From: Camelus dromedarius
Taxonomy: Eukaryota
DNA length: 64,000 bases
NCBI RefSeq assembly: GCF_036321535.1
Contig: NC_087437.1
Span: 31,560,001 to 31,624,000, forward strand
Direction: 5' to 3'
Position numbers and translations under genes: made by a program
Notes under the pieces: model-generated
What the model was told of the DNA's origin: nothing
The model's database searches: none
What the model saw: only the letters and a program-made list of their open reading frames with translations
Shown: in pieces, positions 40,801 through 53,380 of the stretch
Position numbering within the stretch: the stretch's first letter is position 1
Layout: the number at the start of each line of letters is the position of its first letter

Positions 40801-43800
40801 ACTATCCATTGTAAATGAGATAATTCAAATAAAGCATCTAGCAAGATGTGTCCTTTACGTATGTTGGACCCCTAGTGAGATTCAGTGAGATTCTTGAAGG
40901 ATGGGTAGAAATTGACAATCTGAAAAAAGTCTAAGAAAAAGGTATTTCAACCCAAAGGAATATTACAATTGGGTGAGTCAAGCAAGAGAAGCCTTGGGAT
41001 TTTCATAAAAAACATTCAGGGGACTTAAATAACACTTGAATCTGGTTAAATGCCAGTGTGAAGATCTGGGTCTCCTCTTTCCTTTCTCTTTTTTTTTTTT
41101 CCTATGGATTTGCTTCTTTCGATTTTGTATAGTTTTTCTTTAATCTTTCTCCTCCTTTCCTTCCTCCTCCTTTTTCCCCCTTCCTGTCCTCCCTCCCTGC
41201 CTCCTTCCCTCCCTTCCTCCTTTCCTTTCTTAACGTCAGAAGATAGATTATATTCTGAAGACTATCATTATTTTCTCAGGTAATTTCAAGACTACTTAAG
41301 ACCTGGAAGAAACATGCTTTCAAATAAAACAGGGAGGACAGAGTTATTTGCCCTACTGAGATATCATTAACAAAAGAATAATGATAACATCTGCTGTGTT
41401 CTGAGTACCTGTTAGGTGTTTTGCATGAAATATAATTTCTCACAACAGGTAGATATTAGCTCCATTTTACAGATAAGAATAATCAACCCTGGCAAGGTTA
41501 AGTGCTTAGACTTACTGGAGCCAGGATTTGAGCCCAAGTCTCAGTTTAAAGACCAAGGTCTTTCCTGCGTACTATCTTCCCTCGCCAAACTCCTTAATTT
41601 TCTCTGGTCTCCTGTCTCTAGCCTTCTAATAATGCTTGTAGTCTTTAGTTCTGGAAGTTAGTCAGGTTTAACAGGAAAAAATGATTGAGATAGTTCATCT
41701 ATATAAGCCAGAAAAATGACAATAGTACTGCTATCTCTTTGTTGGTCTGGGAATGGAATTTTATTTAATAGATGCCAAAGTAATTAAGCTTATTAAAGCA
41801 TATGAAAGACACAGGAATGCCTTTGATTCCACCAGATTCTCATAATGATTAACACTGAATCAGTGAATTCCCCTCCCCAAACTGTATTGTTTTTAACGCC
41901 CAAGGTCATACAGCTGAGCTCTTTCTGTTATTTCTTCTGCTTAAGGCTACTTACGCAGTGAGCAGAATTACTACATGCATGCACAAAAAGATGGAGTGTC
42001 CTCCACACTCAGGAGAAAAAGGTATTATTTTGAGGATTTAACAACTATTGTATATATTTTATTCACTTGCTCTCTTAGTGACTTACAGCAATTGTCAAGA
42101 AGACTGTATGTATGCTTTTAGGCTGGTGGCCTGCTTTAAATGCTGTATGTATCCTGTAATATTTCAAGTGCAGTTTGTAAGACTCAGTGGTTTTTAAATT
42201 GAATTGTGAACAAAGTCTGAATACAACTATAATGGAACAACTTACTGGGAAGTTTCTTTGCTTATAAGAAAAATGGTTCAAATATGACAGTGTAAAAAAT
42301 ATGATAGTGTACAATTGCTTAACTACTCATTGTTTTTATTTTTTTTATGAAATGCTTCTCTCTGGCCGATGTTGTTCTGATGTAACTTTACCATTGTTGT
42401 AAACACACAAACAAACACATACCCCTACTTCTTACTACATTTCTAAGACAATTTTTTTCCCCCGGGGAAGGTAAGAGTTAAATGTTGAAAGAGGGGGAAA
42501 TTTATGGACTCTTTGCTAGAATTATAGAATATTTGTTGTGGAAATGGCTTTGGAGAATAATTGTCTAAAACTTTCAATTTACAGATAATGAAAATGAGAC
42601 CTCAGGAGGCAAAGTTACATACCCAACATCACACAGCTAGATGGTCACACAGGCAGGACTGGAATCCATTTCTTCTGACTTGCAGGTTGAGACATGGTAG
42701 CTTGATAGAGAGAGTCAGGCTTAAAACAGTCTGTGTTAAAGGTGCCACTTTGAAACCAGGTTCCCTTGCTCCTGGGGACCTTCTGCTCCCTCCTGTTTCC
42801 TTATCAGTACTTTTGGTTGAAATTTATAGCCCAGACTCTTTCTGTGCCTTTCACCTGCCTTCAGTCTTTCTCTTCTCCTTCCTCAACTCCACTCCAGTTA
42901 TTATGTATACTGTTGCTTCCTCCTGGCAGGAAAGTATTTTACAAAATTCAGAGGGAGTCATTGAGAGAGGCACTATCTAATGCAAAAGACTAATGATAAA
43001 AATGTAGACAGCAATGGGAGAGAGGGTTTCATTTTTAGTTACATTAATTAGTAAATAAGTAATTAACATTGTTTGGAAGAGGTGAGAGCTCAGTTGGTAG
43101 ACTGGTTTTCAGCCTTTAAATAATAACCATCCAGTCCATTATCAATCGCTAATCATACAACCACCTTTGTATAAATTCAAGCTTAAAATCCAGAGTAAAA
43201 ATGAGAACTATTATTTAAAAGACTGCCCTTTAAGCCTGTAAAACAACTCACATGTTTATAGATCCTTACAGTTTACAAAGCACATATACGTCCATTTTCC
43301 TCTCTGGGCCTCAACAAACCAGGTGAACTCAGTAAGGCAATCTGTGTTGTTATATAGAGGAAGAAACAGAGGGTCAAAGTTAGAGAGATTTACCCAGGGT
43401 AGGCTCAAACCTAGGTCCTCTAAATCTATAAATCTTTACCACTCTGCCTCCCCAAAAGCTCAACTGCAAACCTTCCCAGTTTCAGAAATTGAGGCAATTG
43501 GGCCAAATCTGCTTAGAAGGTTTGATGGTGGATTTTATGCACCATCTGCAACAGGTCCAGGCTACTGTGCAAGTTGCTCTGCTTCTCAGCCACACGATCC
43601 CTGAAGGTTATACTGATACTATTTTAAGACACTCTTTCCTGGATGCTGAGGCAGGTGGGGTCAGAATAAGAAGCACAGGAATGCATGCTGGAGAGAACGT
43701 GGCTGGTTTGGGATGGTTCAAATATGACAGAACACACTTGCTTACTTACTCTTATTTTTATGAAATGCCTCTCTCTTGCACGCATACAGAGATTTTATTA

Positions 43801-44331
43801 ATGAGAAAGCTGGCATCTGACAGTGAGCGTCCTCATTTAAAATCCCAGTATGAGACTTGTCTCCCCAGGCACAAGACCTGAGAAGGCCTACTTCTGCCCT
43901 GTTCATCGTTGGGCCTGGAAGACCAAGAAGAACAAACATTTCCTTTAGGCAGCTCAGTCCTAAGGAAGGAGGAGGGGTGGCGCTGGGCTCCTCACGAGCT
44001 GTTCCTCTTTCCAAATTCAGGTGTCTTCGAGAGGAATCAAGATTATTACATTAATGGAGCTCCCTCCCCATGGAAGGAGATGTCAGAAGTGGGAAGTTAT
44101 GTTCCACCTTATTACAAGGTAGCGAGGACTTCACGACTTAATGTAGGTGAAAAACTTAGGGCCTGGTCCAGAGTCGGTACTCGATTAATGGAAGCTCTTT
44201 TAATTAGAAATCCACATATTCATTTCACGTTTCAGCTCCTCCATTAACTGTAGGATTCAGGGCAAGAAACCATATCTCTCTGGTTCACTGCTGAATGCCC
44301 AGAACCAAGACTGGTGCCTTGCATAGCACCT

Positions 44332-44332
<1 letters not shown>

Positions 44333-44420
<88 letters not shown>
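44333..44420 (+). repeat. (TAA)n microsatellite, about 29 units
   Basis: Perfect taataa array; explains the poly-Ile ORF 44244..44459. Confidence 0.97.
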
Positions 44421-44426
<6 letters not shown>

Positions 44427-44715
44427 AATTACCCTTTCTGAATTTGTTTCCTCATCCATAAAAGGAGGAATTTGATCTTTTTTAATATTAGATTATCAAC
44501 TGTATTTTCATATGCTAGCAATGAAAAATCCAAAAATGAAATTAAGAAAATGATTCAATTTACAATAGCATCACAGAGAATAAAATACTTAGGAATACAT
44601 TAACAAAAGAAATATAAGACTTGTACATTGAAATCTATAAAACATGAGAAAATTAAAGAAGATCTAAATAAATGGAGAGATACTCCAGGCTTCTGGATTT
44701 GAAGTCTTACTATTT

Positions 44716-45866
44716 TTTTTTAACATTTTTCATTGATTTATAATCATTTTACAATGTTGTGTCAAATTCCAGTGTAGAGCACAATTTTTCAATTATACAT
44801 GAATATACATATATTCATTGTCACATTCCTTTCTCTGTGAGCTACCATAAGATCTTGTATATGTTTCCCTGTGCTATACAGTATAATCTTATTTATCTAT
44901 TCTACAATTTTGAAATCCCAGTCTATCTCTTCCCACCCCCCACCCCCTTGGCAACCACAAGTCTGTATTCTACGTCTATGAGTCTATTTCTGTTCTGTAT
45001 TTATGCTTTGTTTGTTTATTTGTTTAGATTCCACATATGAGCAATCTCATATGGTAATTTTCTTTCTGGCTTACTTCATTTAGAATGACATTCTCCAGGA
45101 GCATCCATGTTGCTGCAAATGGCGTTATGTTGTCGGTTTTTATGGCTGAGTAGTATTCCATTGTATAAATATACCACATCTTCTCTATCTAGTCACCTGT
45201 TGATGGACATTTAGGCTGTTTCCATGTCTTGGCTATTGTAAATAATGCTGCTATGAACATTGGGGTGCAGGTGTCATCCTGAAGTAGGGTTCCTTCTGGA
45301 AATAAGCCCAGGAGTGGGATTCCTGGGTCATATGGTAAGTCTATTCCTAGTCTTTTGAGGAATCTCCACCTGTTTTCCACAGTGGCTGTACCAAACAGCA
45401 TTCCCACCAGCAGTGTAGGAGGGTTCCCCTTTCTCCACAGCCTCTCCAGCATTTGTCATTTGTGGACTTTTGACTGATGGCCATTCTGACTGGTGTGAGG
45501 TGATACCTCATTGTAGTTTTGATTTGCATTTCTCTGATAATTAGTGATATTGAGCATTTTCTCATGTGCCTATTGATCATTTGTATGTCTTCCTTGGAGA
45601 ATTGCTTGTTTAGGTCTTCTGCCCATTTTTGGATTGGGTTGTTTATTTTCTTCTTATTGAGTCATATGAGCTGCTTATATATTCTGGAGATCAAGCCTTT
45701 GTCGGTTTCATTTGCAAAAATTTTTTCCCATTCCGTGGGTTGTCTTTTTGTTTTACTTATGGTTTCCTTTGCTGTGCAGAAGCTTGTAAGTTTCATTAGG
45801 TCCCATTTGTTTATTCTTGCTTGTATTTCTTCTAGGAGAAAATTTTTGAGATGTATGTCAGATAAT
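44716..45866 (-). mobile_element. Relatively young 5'-truncated LINE-1 (ORF2 C-terminus plus 3'UTR), frameshifted
   Basis: ORF track gives [37 protein letters not shown]...[19 protein letters not shown] and CTPMFIAALFTIAKTWKQPKCP in different frames; poly-T at the left end; abuts an older sense L1 fragment at about 44490-44715. Confidence 0.95.
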
Positions 45867-47033
45867 GACATTTAAATTTCTTCTTTGCTCTAATGATCTA
45901 ATTCTATAATAGGGAGTTGGGGAGATGGAGCAAATATAACACACCTATTTTTTTTTTTTAATTTAAAAAAAAGACAAAGGGATTTGCTGCCACGATTGGT
46001 GATTAGTCTTTGTATACTGAATTCCAATATTCCGAAAGGGCAATTGACTTAGAATAGCAACATAAGTATGATTCTCTAATAATCTTATGGTTAATTTTGC
46101 TCGACAATGCCCCACCCTACCGCCAAATATCCTGTCAATTCTAGTAATAGTTCCAGTATTTTCATCTATTCCTTATAATTTTTCAAAAAACTTTCGTTGG
46201 GTCGGGGTAAGACAAAGCTTAGCTCTATTAGTCAAGTGTTCACAGCTCTGCTACTAGTTCTCACTTTATAAATTGAGGCCTTTATGGAACAAATCCAATG
46301 CTGCCAAGCACTCAGTTGTTTTAGAGAATAATCTTTTCCTTGCCCACTGAGCCAAAAACCAAACCATTCTCCAGTTGTTACCATACCAGAGATGAGAAAA
46401 CAGGCTCAGGTAGTAATATGACCAGGGCACATAGCCAACAAACGGCTGAGCCTAGTCCTGAGCTTTTTAAGGTGCTTCTGTATCTTACTATTAATCTTAT
46501 CAAGCAATTGGTACCTATAATCACATGCCCCATCATGTATTACACAGAAAGTTAACATGCTCTGGAAATCGCATGCACAGCACATAGTAGAATTAAGAAC
46601 TTTTCCATCAGAAAATAAAAAATTTCTTATTTACATTTAAACAGATTTGCCAACAAAGACAAATATTATAAATCTAAAGTGATCAGCCTCAGAAGGCACA
46701 GTGAAAAACACCACAGTAGGTGAATGAATTCAGCAACTCTTAAAAACAAAGGTTCTTCAAGACTCAGATCTTCTTTATGCCCCGCTATTTCAGTCTGAAT
46801 TCTAAAAGACAATCTGTCTACTTTGTGTCTGACTTATTTTCCTGTTAGACAGGAACTGGAATTTGAACTTTGCTCTCCAAAAGCCAAAGGCCAACTAATT
46901 TAGAAGGAGACTCTCAAAATCAATGATGGTTGCTTCTAGTTTCATTAGTTCTGTCTAAAGTGATTAAAGGATCTGATTCCCAGATAACCATGATCATTAC
47001 TGCTATTTTTACAAATCATGTTAATTTCCATAC

Positions 47034-47324
47034 TTCATTCTGATCACTTGTGGCATTCCTGAGGCAAGTCTGGATTCATGCAGCATTCCAACTCCGAGTG
47101 CCTTTTCAAGTTTCCAACAGAATCCTGTGCTGGTGAGTGATGATACCTTTATTGGAGTAGCCCCAAGGTGTGAAGCTGTTTCCTGTGGCTGAGACTCAGC
47201 CCAACCCCTCCACTTGTTGAAACATCTGCAAATACTTTGTTCAGTTCCAAGGCATCTGACCACAGCTAGCCTCCCATCTGGATTGCTTCCTTTTTCCTGA
47301 TTGCTCACGTAAGGCATCAATAAT
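47034..47324 (-). pseudogene. Best-preserved exon of the candidate pseudogene (291 nt, stop-free)
   Basis: Acceptor ccttcctag|, donor AA|GTATGG, length 97x3, frame open throughout (ORF track 47021..47320: LLMPYVSNQEKGSNPDGRLAVVRCLG...PQVIRM). Confidence 0.6.
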
Positions 47325-50300
47325 CTAGGAAGGCACTGAGCAAGAGAGAAGCTGGAAGGGCCGAGGGATTAGACTGAAGTGCTTGGATGTTACAGTTCTT
47401 AGGGTTTTCTCTCTCATTCATTAATTGATTCATTCAGTCGTCACTGTTGGGTGGCACTAGCAATGCAAATATCAACAAGAAGCAGTCTCTGTCATCAAAC
47501 AGGAAACAATCTATTGCATGCTACATTTATTGTCTGAGGTAGGGAATTATGTTAATCAGTCTACAGGAATAAACTATATTTACCAGGTGTCTTCTATGTG
47601 TAAAGTTCCACAATTGCTTTAATTCTTATCTTTGGTAGCTATAAGGCTTATGGAATATATTACTTAATCTCTTTGTTTCCCTACTTTGAAACTACATAAA
47701 ATTGAAAGCAATACTTGCTAAAGAATTTTATAAATAATAATAATAATAATTAAGAAATAACACAGGAATCTTTACTTGATAAGAAAGCTGATAAATTATG
47801 TAGTGCTGAGTAATCATATTCCTTCATATACCTCATTCACTTTAGGCTGTATGTTAAGCTACAAAACTATCTGCTTAACTATTATTAGAAAGAGACTATA
47901 TTTTAAAAGATGTTAATGCAGATGGATCATTTTTATGCTCTTCAATGAAATTAATTCCAAGTTTAAAAAATATATTTATATTATGCATACATTTGCACAT
48001 TTTAGTAAGTTACATTTAAACTCTCATTTTCTTATAATTAAATCATACAAAGATCTAATTAACTCTGTCCCAGGAGTTGCTGGGCAATAATTATACCTTC
48101 AAAGCACCAGGAGATTTAAGGTGTAGGCAGGGTGGGGCTCATCCACCCAGGATTTCAAAAGCACATGGTTCTTCAGGTCCTGTTGGGGCTTATCTATTTG
48201 CATGTCTTCCCTGCAGGAGTTTGGACTAATCAGGTCACTACATCTTGACTGCAGTCTCTACCACTCATTGTTCCCAATACGATTTAAATGCCAACAGACC
48301 ACAGAGAAGTTAGCAATGGGAAAAGGAAAAGGCTTTCATACCAACCAAGACTGTCCCCAGGGTTCAGTAGGACATAGATCCTATATCAAATCATCTAATA
48401 TCAAACTCTACAAATGAGCTCAGCCAAAAGGTTGAGCCATGTTGTCTGACAGTATCACATTCTCTAGTTGCAATGCAATCCTGAGGCAACCTGTAGTGAG
48501 TTGACAGTTCTTCCAGTTTGCTAAAATGGAAAAGGCAGGTTGTTGCTCCAGCAGAGTTTCCCTTTTGCTGCAGAACATTTCACACAGCATCAGCTAGTCT
48601 TCATCAATCTGGATATTAACTGGACATCTTGGGTGCTGACAGGGGTTAGCTCATTTCTCCTTCAGCCACTGCATTCTATGGTGCTTCATTCAAATTTAAA
48701 AAAAAGACATCCCTTCCTTAGGTGGATAGTATATTATCTTAGCAGGTGGAGGTAGGGGCTGGAGTTCAAAGCCTACCCACCTCCTCTGCCAGGCACCATT
48801 ATTCAATCAACAAACTGCACAGGTGTAGGTGCCTGGGCAGAAAGGGTATGCAGAGCCTGACAATGATGGCAGAGGGCATTAAGAAAGATGAGGGCAATGT
48901 TGATGTGGAGAATAAAGGAAAACGGGCAGTATTGGGTGGTTCTGCCTTAAGATTTTCTAAATAGAAGAGACTGATTAAGTATGGTATCTGCCTTGTGAGT
49001 CAAGTTAAAGCCACTTACCACTCTGGTGACTTCCTTTCCCTCTCAGGGAATCTCTTCTAAGAGCTGAGACGAGGAGCAGGTGTTATATTCACACAAAGAT
49101 GAATATACCATATTACTATTCCTAAGGTGATCTGCATTTAAATAGAGGCCCAAAACATTTAAACATTAAGTAATCAGTCAGTTTTGTCTTTCCACTGCTC
49201 TATCCCAAACACCTAGAACAATGCCTGACACACAGTAGGCCCCTTAGTATGTTGACTAAATCTCTAATCCTAGACTTTCAGTCACTGAGCAACAGGAAAT
49301 TACACCAAGAAGGTCTCCTGCTTTCAAGATTCCACAGATCAAATTAGAAAGTCACCAAAAATGAGTTTTCTCCTAAGCACTTCATAGGCCGGAGGTCTCA
49401 GCTCTCTTATAAAATACCATCACCACAAATACTCTAATACCAATTATTTAAAACTTCCACTGCACATCATGAACTATTTGTCAACCGACAATGAAATGTC
49501 TGTAAGCCAAATATTTTATGTAAGGATGCAGCCTCCCACACTACAGTTCAGTACTTAGTAGACTAAGTACAAATGAAAAAAAACTTGGTGGCACAGTTGT
49601 ATTTAAACATTATGTTATACTTTTGTAATTTTATATCTGGGTTGCCATAATAGTAGTATATTATAATATTTGAACGTATCATCTTCCTCCAAAGATCTCA
49701 AAGCACCTTTGGTGAGTAACCAATAGTCCTCCCCACACCTCCGAAGTAGGTATGCTGTGAGCATTATATCCATCATACCAGGATCACACGTGAGTCAGTG
49801 GCAGGGCTGCATGACTCACTCATGACACTTCAGTTCACAGCTTAAACCATCAGGGAGTACTGCCTACAAATTCATTCATTCACTCATTCATTCCTTCTTT
49901 CAAAACATTCATTTGATGCAGTTAGGCTCAAGACCGTATTTCCTTACTGAACTTGCATCAGATGAACATTATAATCTGTTAAAATTTTTTTCTCATAATA
50001 CTTAAAATTCATAGCAGAAATTTTTCTTCCCATGGTGATTAATCCTAATGTTTCATAGTGGTATACCTACCAGTGAGTCACATGGATATTAAGGAAATGA
50101 CTGAAACACAAACAATTTTAAAGATATACTTCTCTCTCATGTTGTGGCTGTTAATCATGTGTCTATACATAAGACTTTTTTTTTTTTTTTTAGTGTTTGC
50201 CTGGTACAGCTAAATACTTGCGTTTTCTGTGTCTAATTAGAAGTTTCCGCTGTGTATTATAGTTGAGTTGGTACAAGATGTTCAAGACCATGAAAAGATG

Positions 50301-50619
50301 AATGTAATGGCTTCCTCGTGTTATGGTCTGAATTTTTTTTCCACTTCATTAGTCCTTTTAAGTAATCACACTGTTTGTACCCTGACTTTCTTTACTGAAC
50401 TCACAATTATTTCTCTTGCCAAACCATGCCCCCAGACTTGAATGTATAAATTAAATCTCATGCACGCATATGCAAGCCGTGTGCACTGCCCGTTAAACAA
50501 AGTAATATGAACAAATTAAAGGCACATTTTAACGACCTTCGAGTTCGGTGTGTTATAGTGGTTTTCTGTTACCTACTGGGCACAGTATAAGACATTGATT
50601 CACAGAGGTCATTTTCAGT

Positions 50620-52030
50620 GTGCTGCTCGCAAACCGGTTTGTTCATCCAATCCAGCCCCCTAACTGCGCACGTTGCATTTTGTACGGTTTTCCTCTCGGG
50701 CTCTCCACCCCGTGGAAGGGGCTGATTCACCCCCAGCTCCCTCTGCCGAAGCCGGAGCCGAAGCCGGCGCGGCCAAGGCCACCGGGCAGAGCGGGCGTGC
50801 GGCCGAGGCCGGGCTGCGTGACAGGCTGCACTTCCCAGCCCCGACGCTGTGGTAACTGACTGATCTCATCGTCTCTCGTCACGACACGCGCTGCCTGGGC
50901 TGCACGCGGCATAGCGTGAGAGGCGCCGGGGCCGCGGGCGCGCCCATCCCGGAGCCTTCGTGCGGACGAGCCCCGCTGCCCCTCCGAGGCCCGCCGCGCA
51001 GAAAGCCCAGTCTGCTTATCACCACACCACCGGGTGTTCTCAGGCTGTAGAAAGACGGCCCCCCCGGACGTCAGCAAATAACCTGACCTCCCAGGCGGTG
51101 GTCTTCGCTCTTTTCGGCCTCGGCGGACCCTGCCCCTCGCCGCCCCCTGACGCACAGCTGCCCCCCCCGCATCGGAGTTCTGGGGAAGGCGCCGAGTGGC
51201 CGGGGTCAGTCGCCGGGCAACGCCATTCGCCTTCCGTGCGCCCCTGAGGGTCGGTGCGCGCCCGGTTCCCGGCAGGCGGGGCTGTGGTGGGGGCTTGGGA
51301 CTCCCTTCCTGGTGTCCCTGTCCCGGGGCGGGTCGCCCGCGCCCCGTTCCGCGCAAACCCCGGAGGGCGCGAGGACGCTACGCAGCTGTGGCTCCCGAAG
51401 GAGCGACCTGATACGGCAGGCGGCGAGCAAGCTCAGGGGCTGCTCTGGAAGCCGAGAGGGGTCCGCAGGGCGAGACTGATCCCTTGCCCGCTCCGCTCAG
51501 CCCTCGTCCCGCCGCCCGAGCTGTTTACTTTACAGCAGCGGTGCTGGGCACTTTCCGGTGTTAAAATGAGGGCATCGGCCGCTCGGGCTCAAGTCAGCGG
51601 GGGTCGGGCGGAATCAGGATTCCTCGAGGGATTAGGCGGCCGTGTCTGCACGCGAGGCGGGCTCCGGGCTCGCCAGGAAGCGCGAGTGAGTGCGGAAGCG
51701 GCGAGAGCAGGAGGCGGGGGCGGGGCCGCGGGGTTGCGTGACCCGCCGCCCGGAGGCCGCACGCACTTCGTGCCCCGGACAGCCCTGCCTTCCTGGCCCA
51801 CCGCCGCCGCCGCCGCCGCCGGGCAGCAGCGCAGGTGCTGGAGGGCGGCGCCCGGTTTCCACTTTTACAACCGCAGCGGGGAGGGGAGTCACGCTGTATT
51901 TCTGGGACAGGGAGTGAGTTCACCAGGGAGGACACGCCGTCTCCTTGTTATCGGGACGTGGGTAACATTCGGTAATAAAACCCGCTCAGACAGGATGTAT
52001 TAAACGAACTGGGAACCAGAGGCGCTCTGT
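50620..52030. promoter_or_regulatory. Large CpG island, probable promoter of a minus-strand transcript (LINC00886-syntenic position)
   Basis: About 1.4 kb very GC/CpG-rich; GC box GGGGCGGGGC 51717-51726; GCGGAAG at about 51692; (CCG)n 51801-51820; possible minus-strand donor GGGAG|GTCAGG near 51087. The island is clear; the assignment rests on recalled human synteny. Confidence 0.75.
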
Positions 52031-52959
52031 CAATAAGCAGTCGTTCTGGGGAAGCTTTCCAAGGAAAGCTTTAAATTAAGAGGAACAGCACACAGGTGCA
52101 GTTCGTGTGACATGCTACCACAGGAAGGAACCAGAGCAAGGACGGCGGCTTTGCTCGAAAGTTTTGCCCACTCTGCACAAAGCTTAGTAACAGAGTCGTG
52201 ATGCTGTGCAAACTTACACTCCTGCTAGGAGCGTTCTGTCTAATGTTTTATTTTAAAAGAAGAGGTGCCTGGTTTCTTTGACATACTAACTGGAAAGATC
52301 TCTTTTATATGGCGAGTCGAGTCCCAAGGACGTTTAAAAAAACAAAACAAAACTAACTGGCTTTATAGGACGCCATGAACCAAGTTGCTTCTCAAAATCA
52401 TGTGAATAAGTATTTATTTCATTATCTATTTATATGATTCAAATGTTTGTAGATTTGGTGATAAATGAAGTTTGGAGGGCAAAACAAAAATATCCACACT
52501 AGGACAGTTTAACATGCAAAACTACTCCAGTTGACTGAAAGCTCTCGAAATTTCACATTAGCTTATTTTATTTATTTAAATAAATAATGTTTTGATTTGG
52601 TGGATCACTGCTTCTATTTATTTCCCTATTATTATTGCCGTTGGGCTTACAGTGCTTAGTTAGACACACACACACACACACATACATTTTGTTGTAAAAA
52701 TAACACACCATTACAGAGAGGGGATTCTCTCCAGTTATGACACCTACCATAAACTCCCAGGAAGCTCTTTCAGAATACACATGTTCACCTCTCAATTTAT
52801 CACATGTGGAAACGGAGCAAGATTCACTGTTTAACATTGAAATGTTCTCCCGCCTAACTCAGATTCTCACTTGTATATATAGGAATGTTTATTTTGTCTG
52901 CTAGGATTCTTCCTTTCTGCCCCTCCTCCTTGGGTTCTGCTTCTGCCTCTAGTCTTCTA

Positions 52960-53380
52960 GACGTGTAATTAGCAAGGGAGGTGTCATCATGTGTGGCCTT
53001 GACTCCTTGGTCACAACAACTAGTCAGGAGGTGTGTACCTGACTCCTGCCTTCAGTGATTTGGTCAAGGGTGTGTAACTCAAGGTGTGCTAAACAGTCAT
53101 TTCCTGGCATTTTTCTAACGAGGTTGGGAACAGAAGTCCCCTATCTTCCTATTGGTGTCAAAACTGGACTGTCAGCCACCACTGCCCCACCATGTGCAGA
53201 CACTGTAAAAGAGAACAGAAACAACTTTCAGTGAGTGGTAGACTCAAAGGACTGAGACATTCCATGGCTTTTTAGAGTTCCAGAGTTCTCAAAGCAGTCC
53301 TGTTTCCTGCTTTCTTGAAGCTTAGTTATTCAGTTATTCTGTTGAGTCTGTGAGGTACCCTGATATCCCAATAGAATACA
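52960..53380. mobile_element. Old LTR fragment (ERVL/MaLR-like)
   Basis: ccttgactccttggtcaca...cagtgatttggtcaaggg...cagccaccactgccccaccatgtg; family uncertain. Confidence 0.45.

Larger units (their letters stand above)
36158..48689 (-). pseudogene. Candidate multi-exon unitary pseudogene of an unidentified protein of about 1000 aa
   Basis: Hand-built exons (minus): 48689-48097, 47324-47034, 43914-43750, 43600-43472, 39971-39598, 39201-39041, 38895-38710 (GC donor), 38376-38225, 37447-36673, 36316-36158. Junction phases are compatible (2,2,2,2,1,0,0,2,0); total 2985 nt with about 30 internal stops; recognisable repeats fall only in the predicted introns. No homologue recognised. Confidence 0.6.

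Noticed and set aside
43472..43914. Resemblance of fossil exons to the Rubicon-homology domain (WDF and SLxDL motifs)
   Set aside because: Requires mixing frames, spacing is wrong and the C-terminal zinc-binding cysteines are absent.
51254..52003. 249-aa ORF and overlapping ORFs (e.g. 50727..51356) in the CpG island
   Set aside because: Arg/Gly/Ala/Pro-rich and open in several frames on both strands, as expected from stop-codon scarcity in GC-rich DNA; no recognisable domain.
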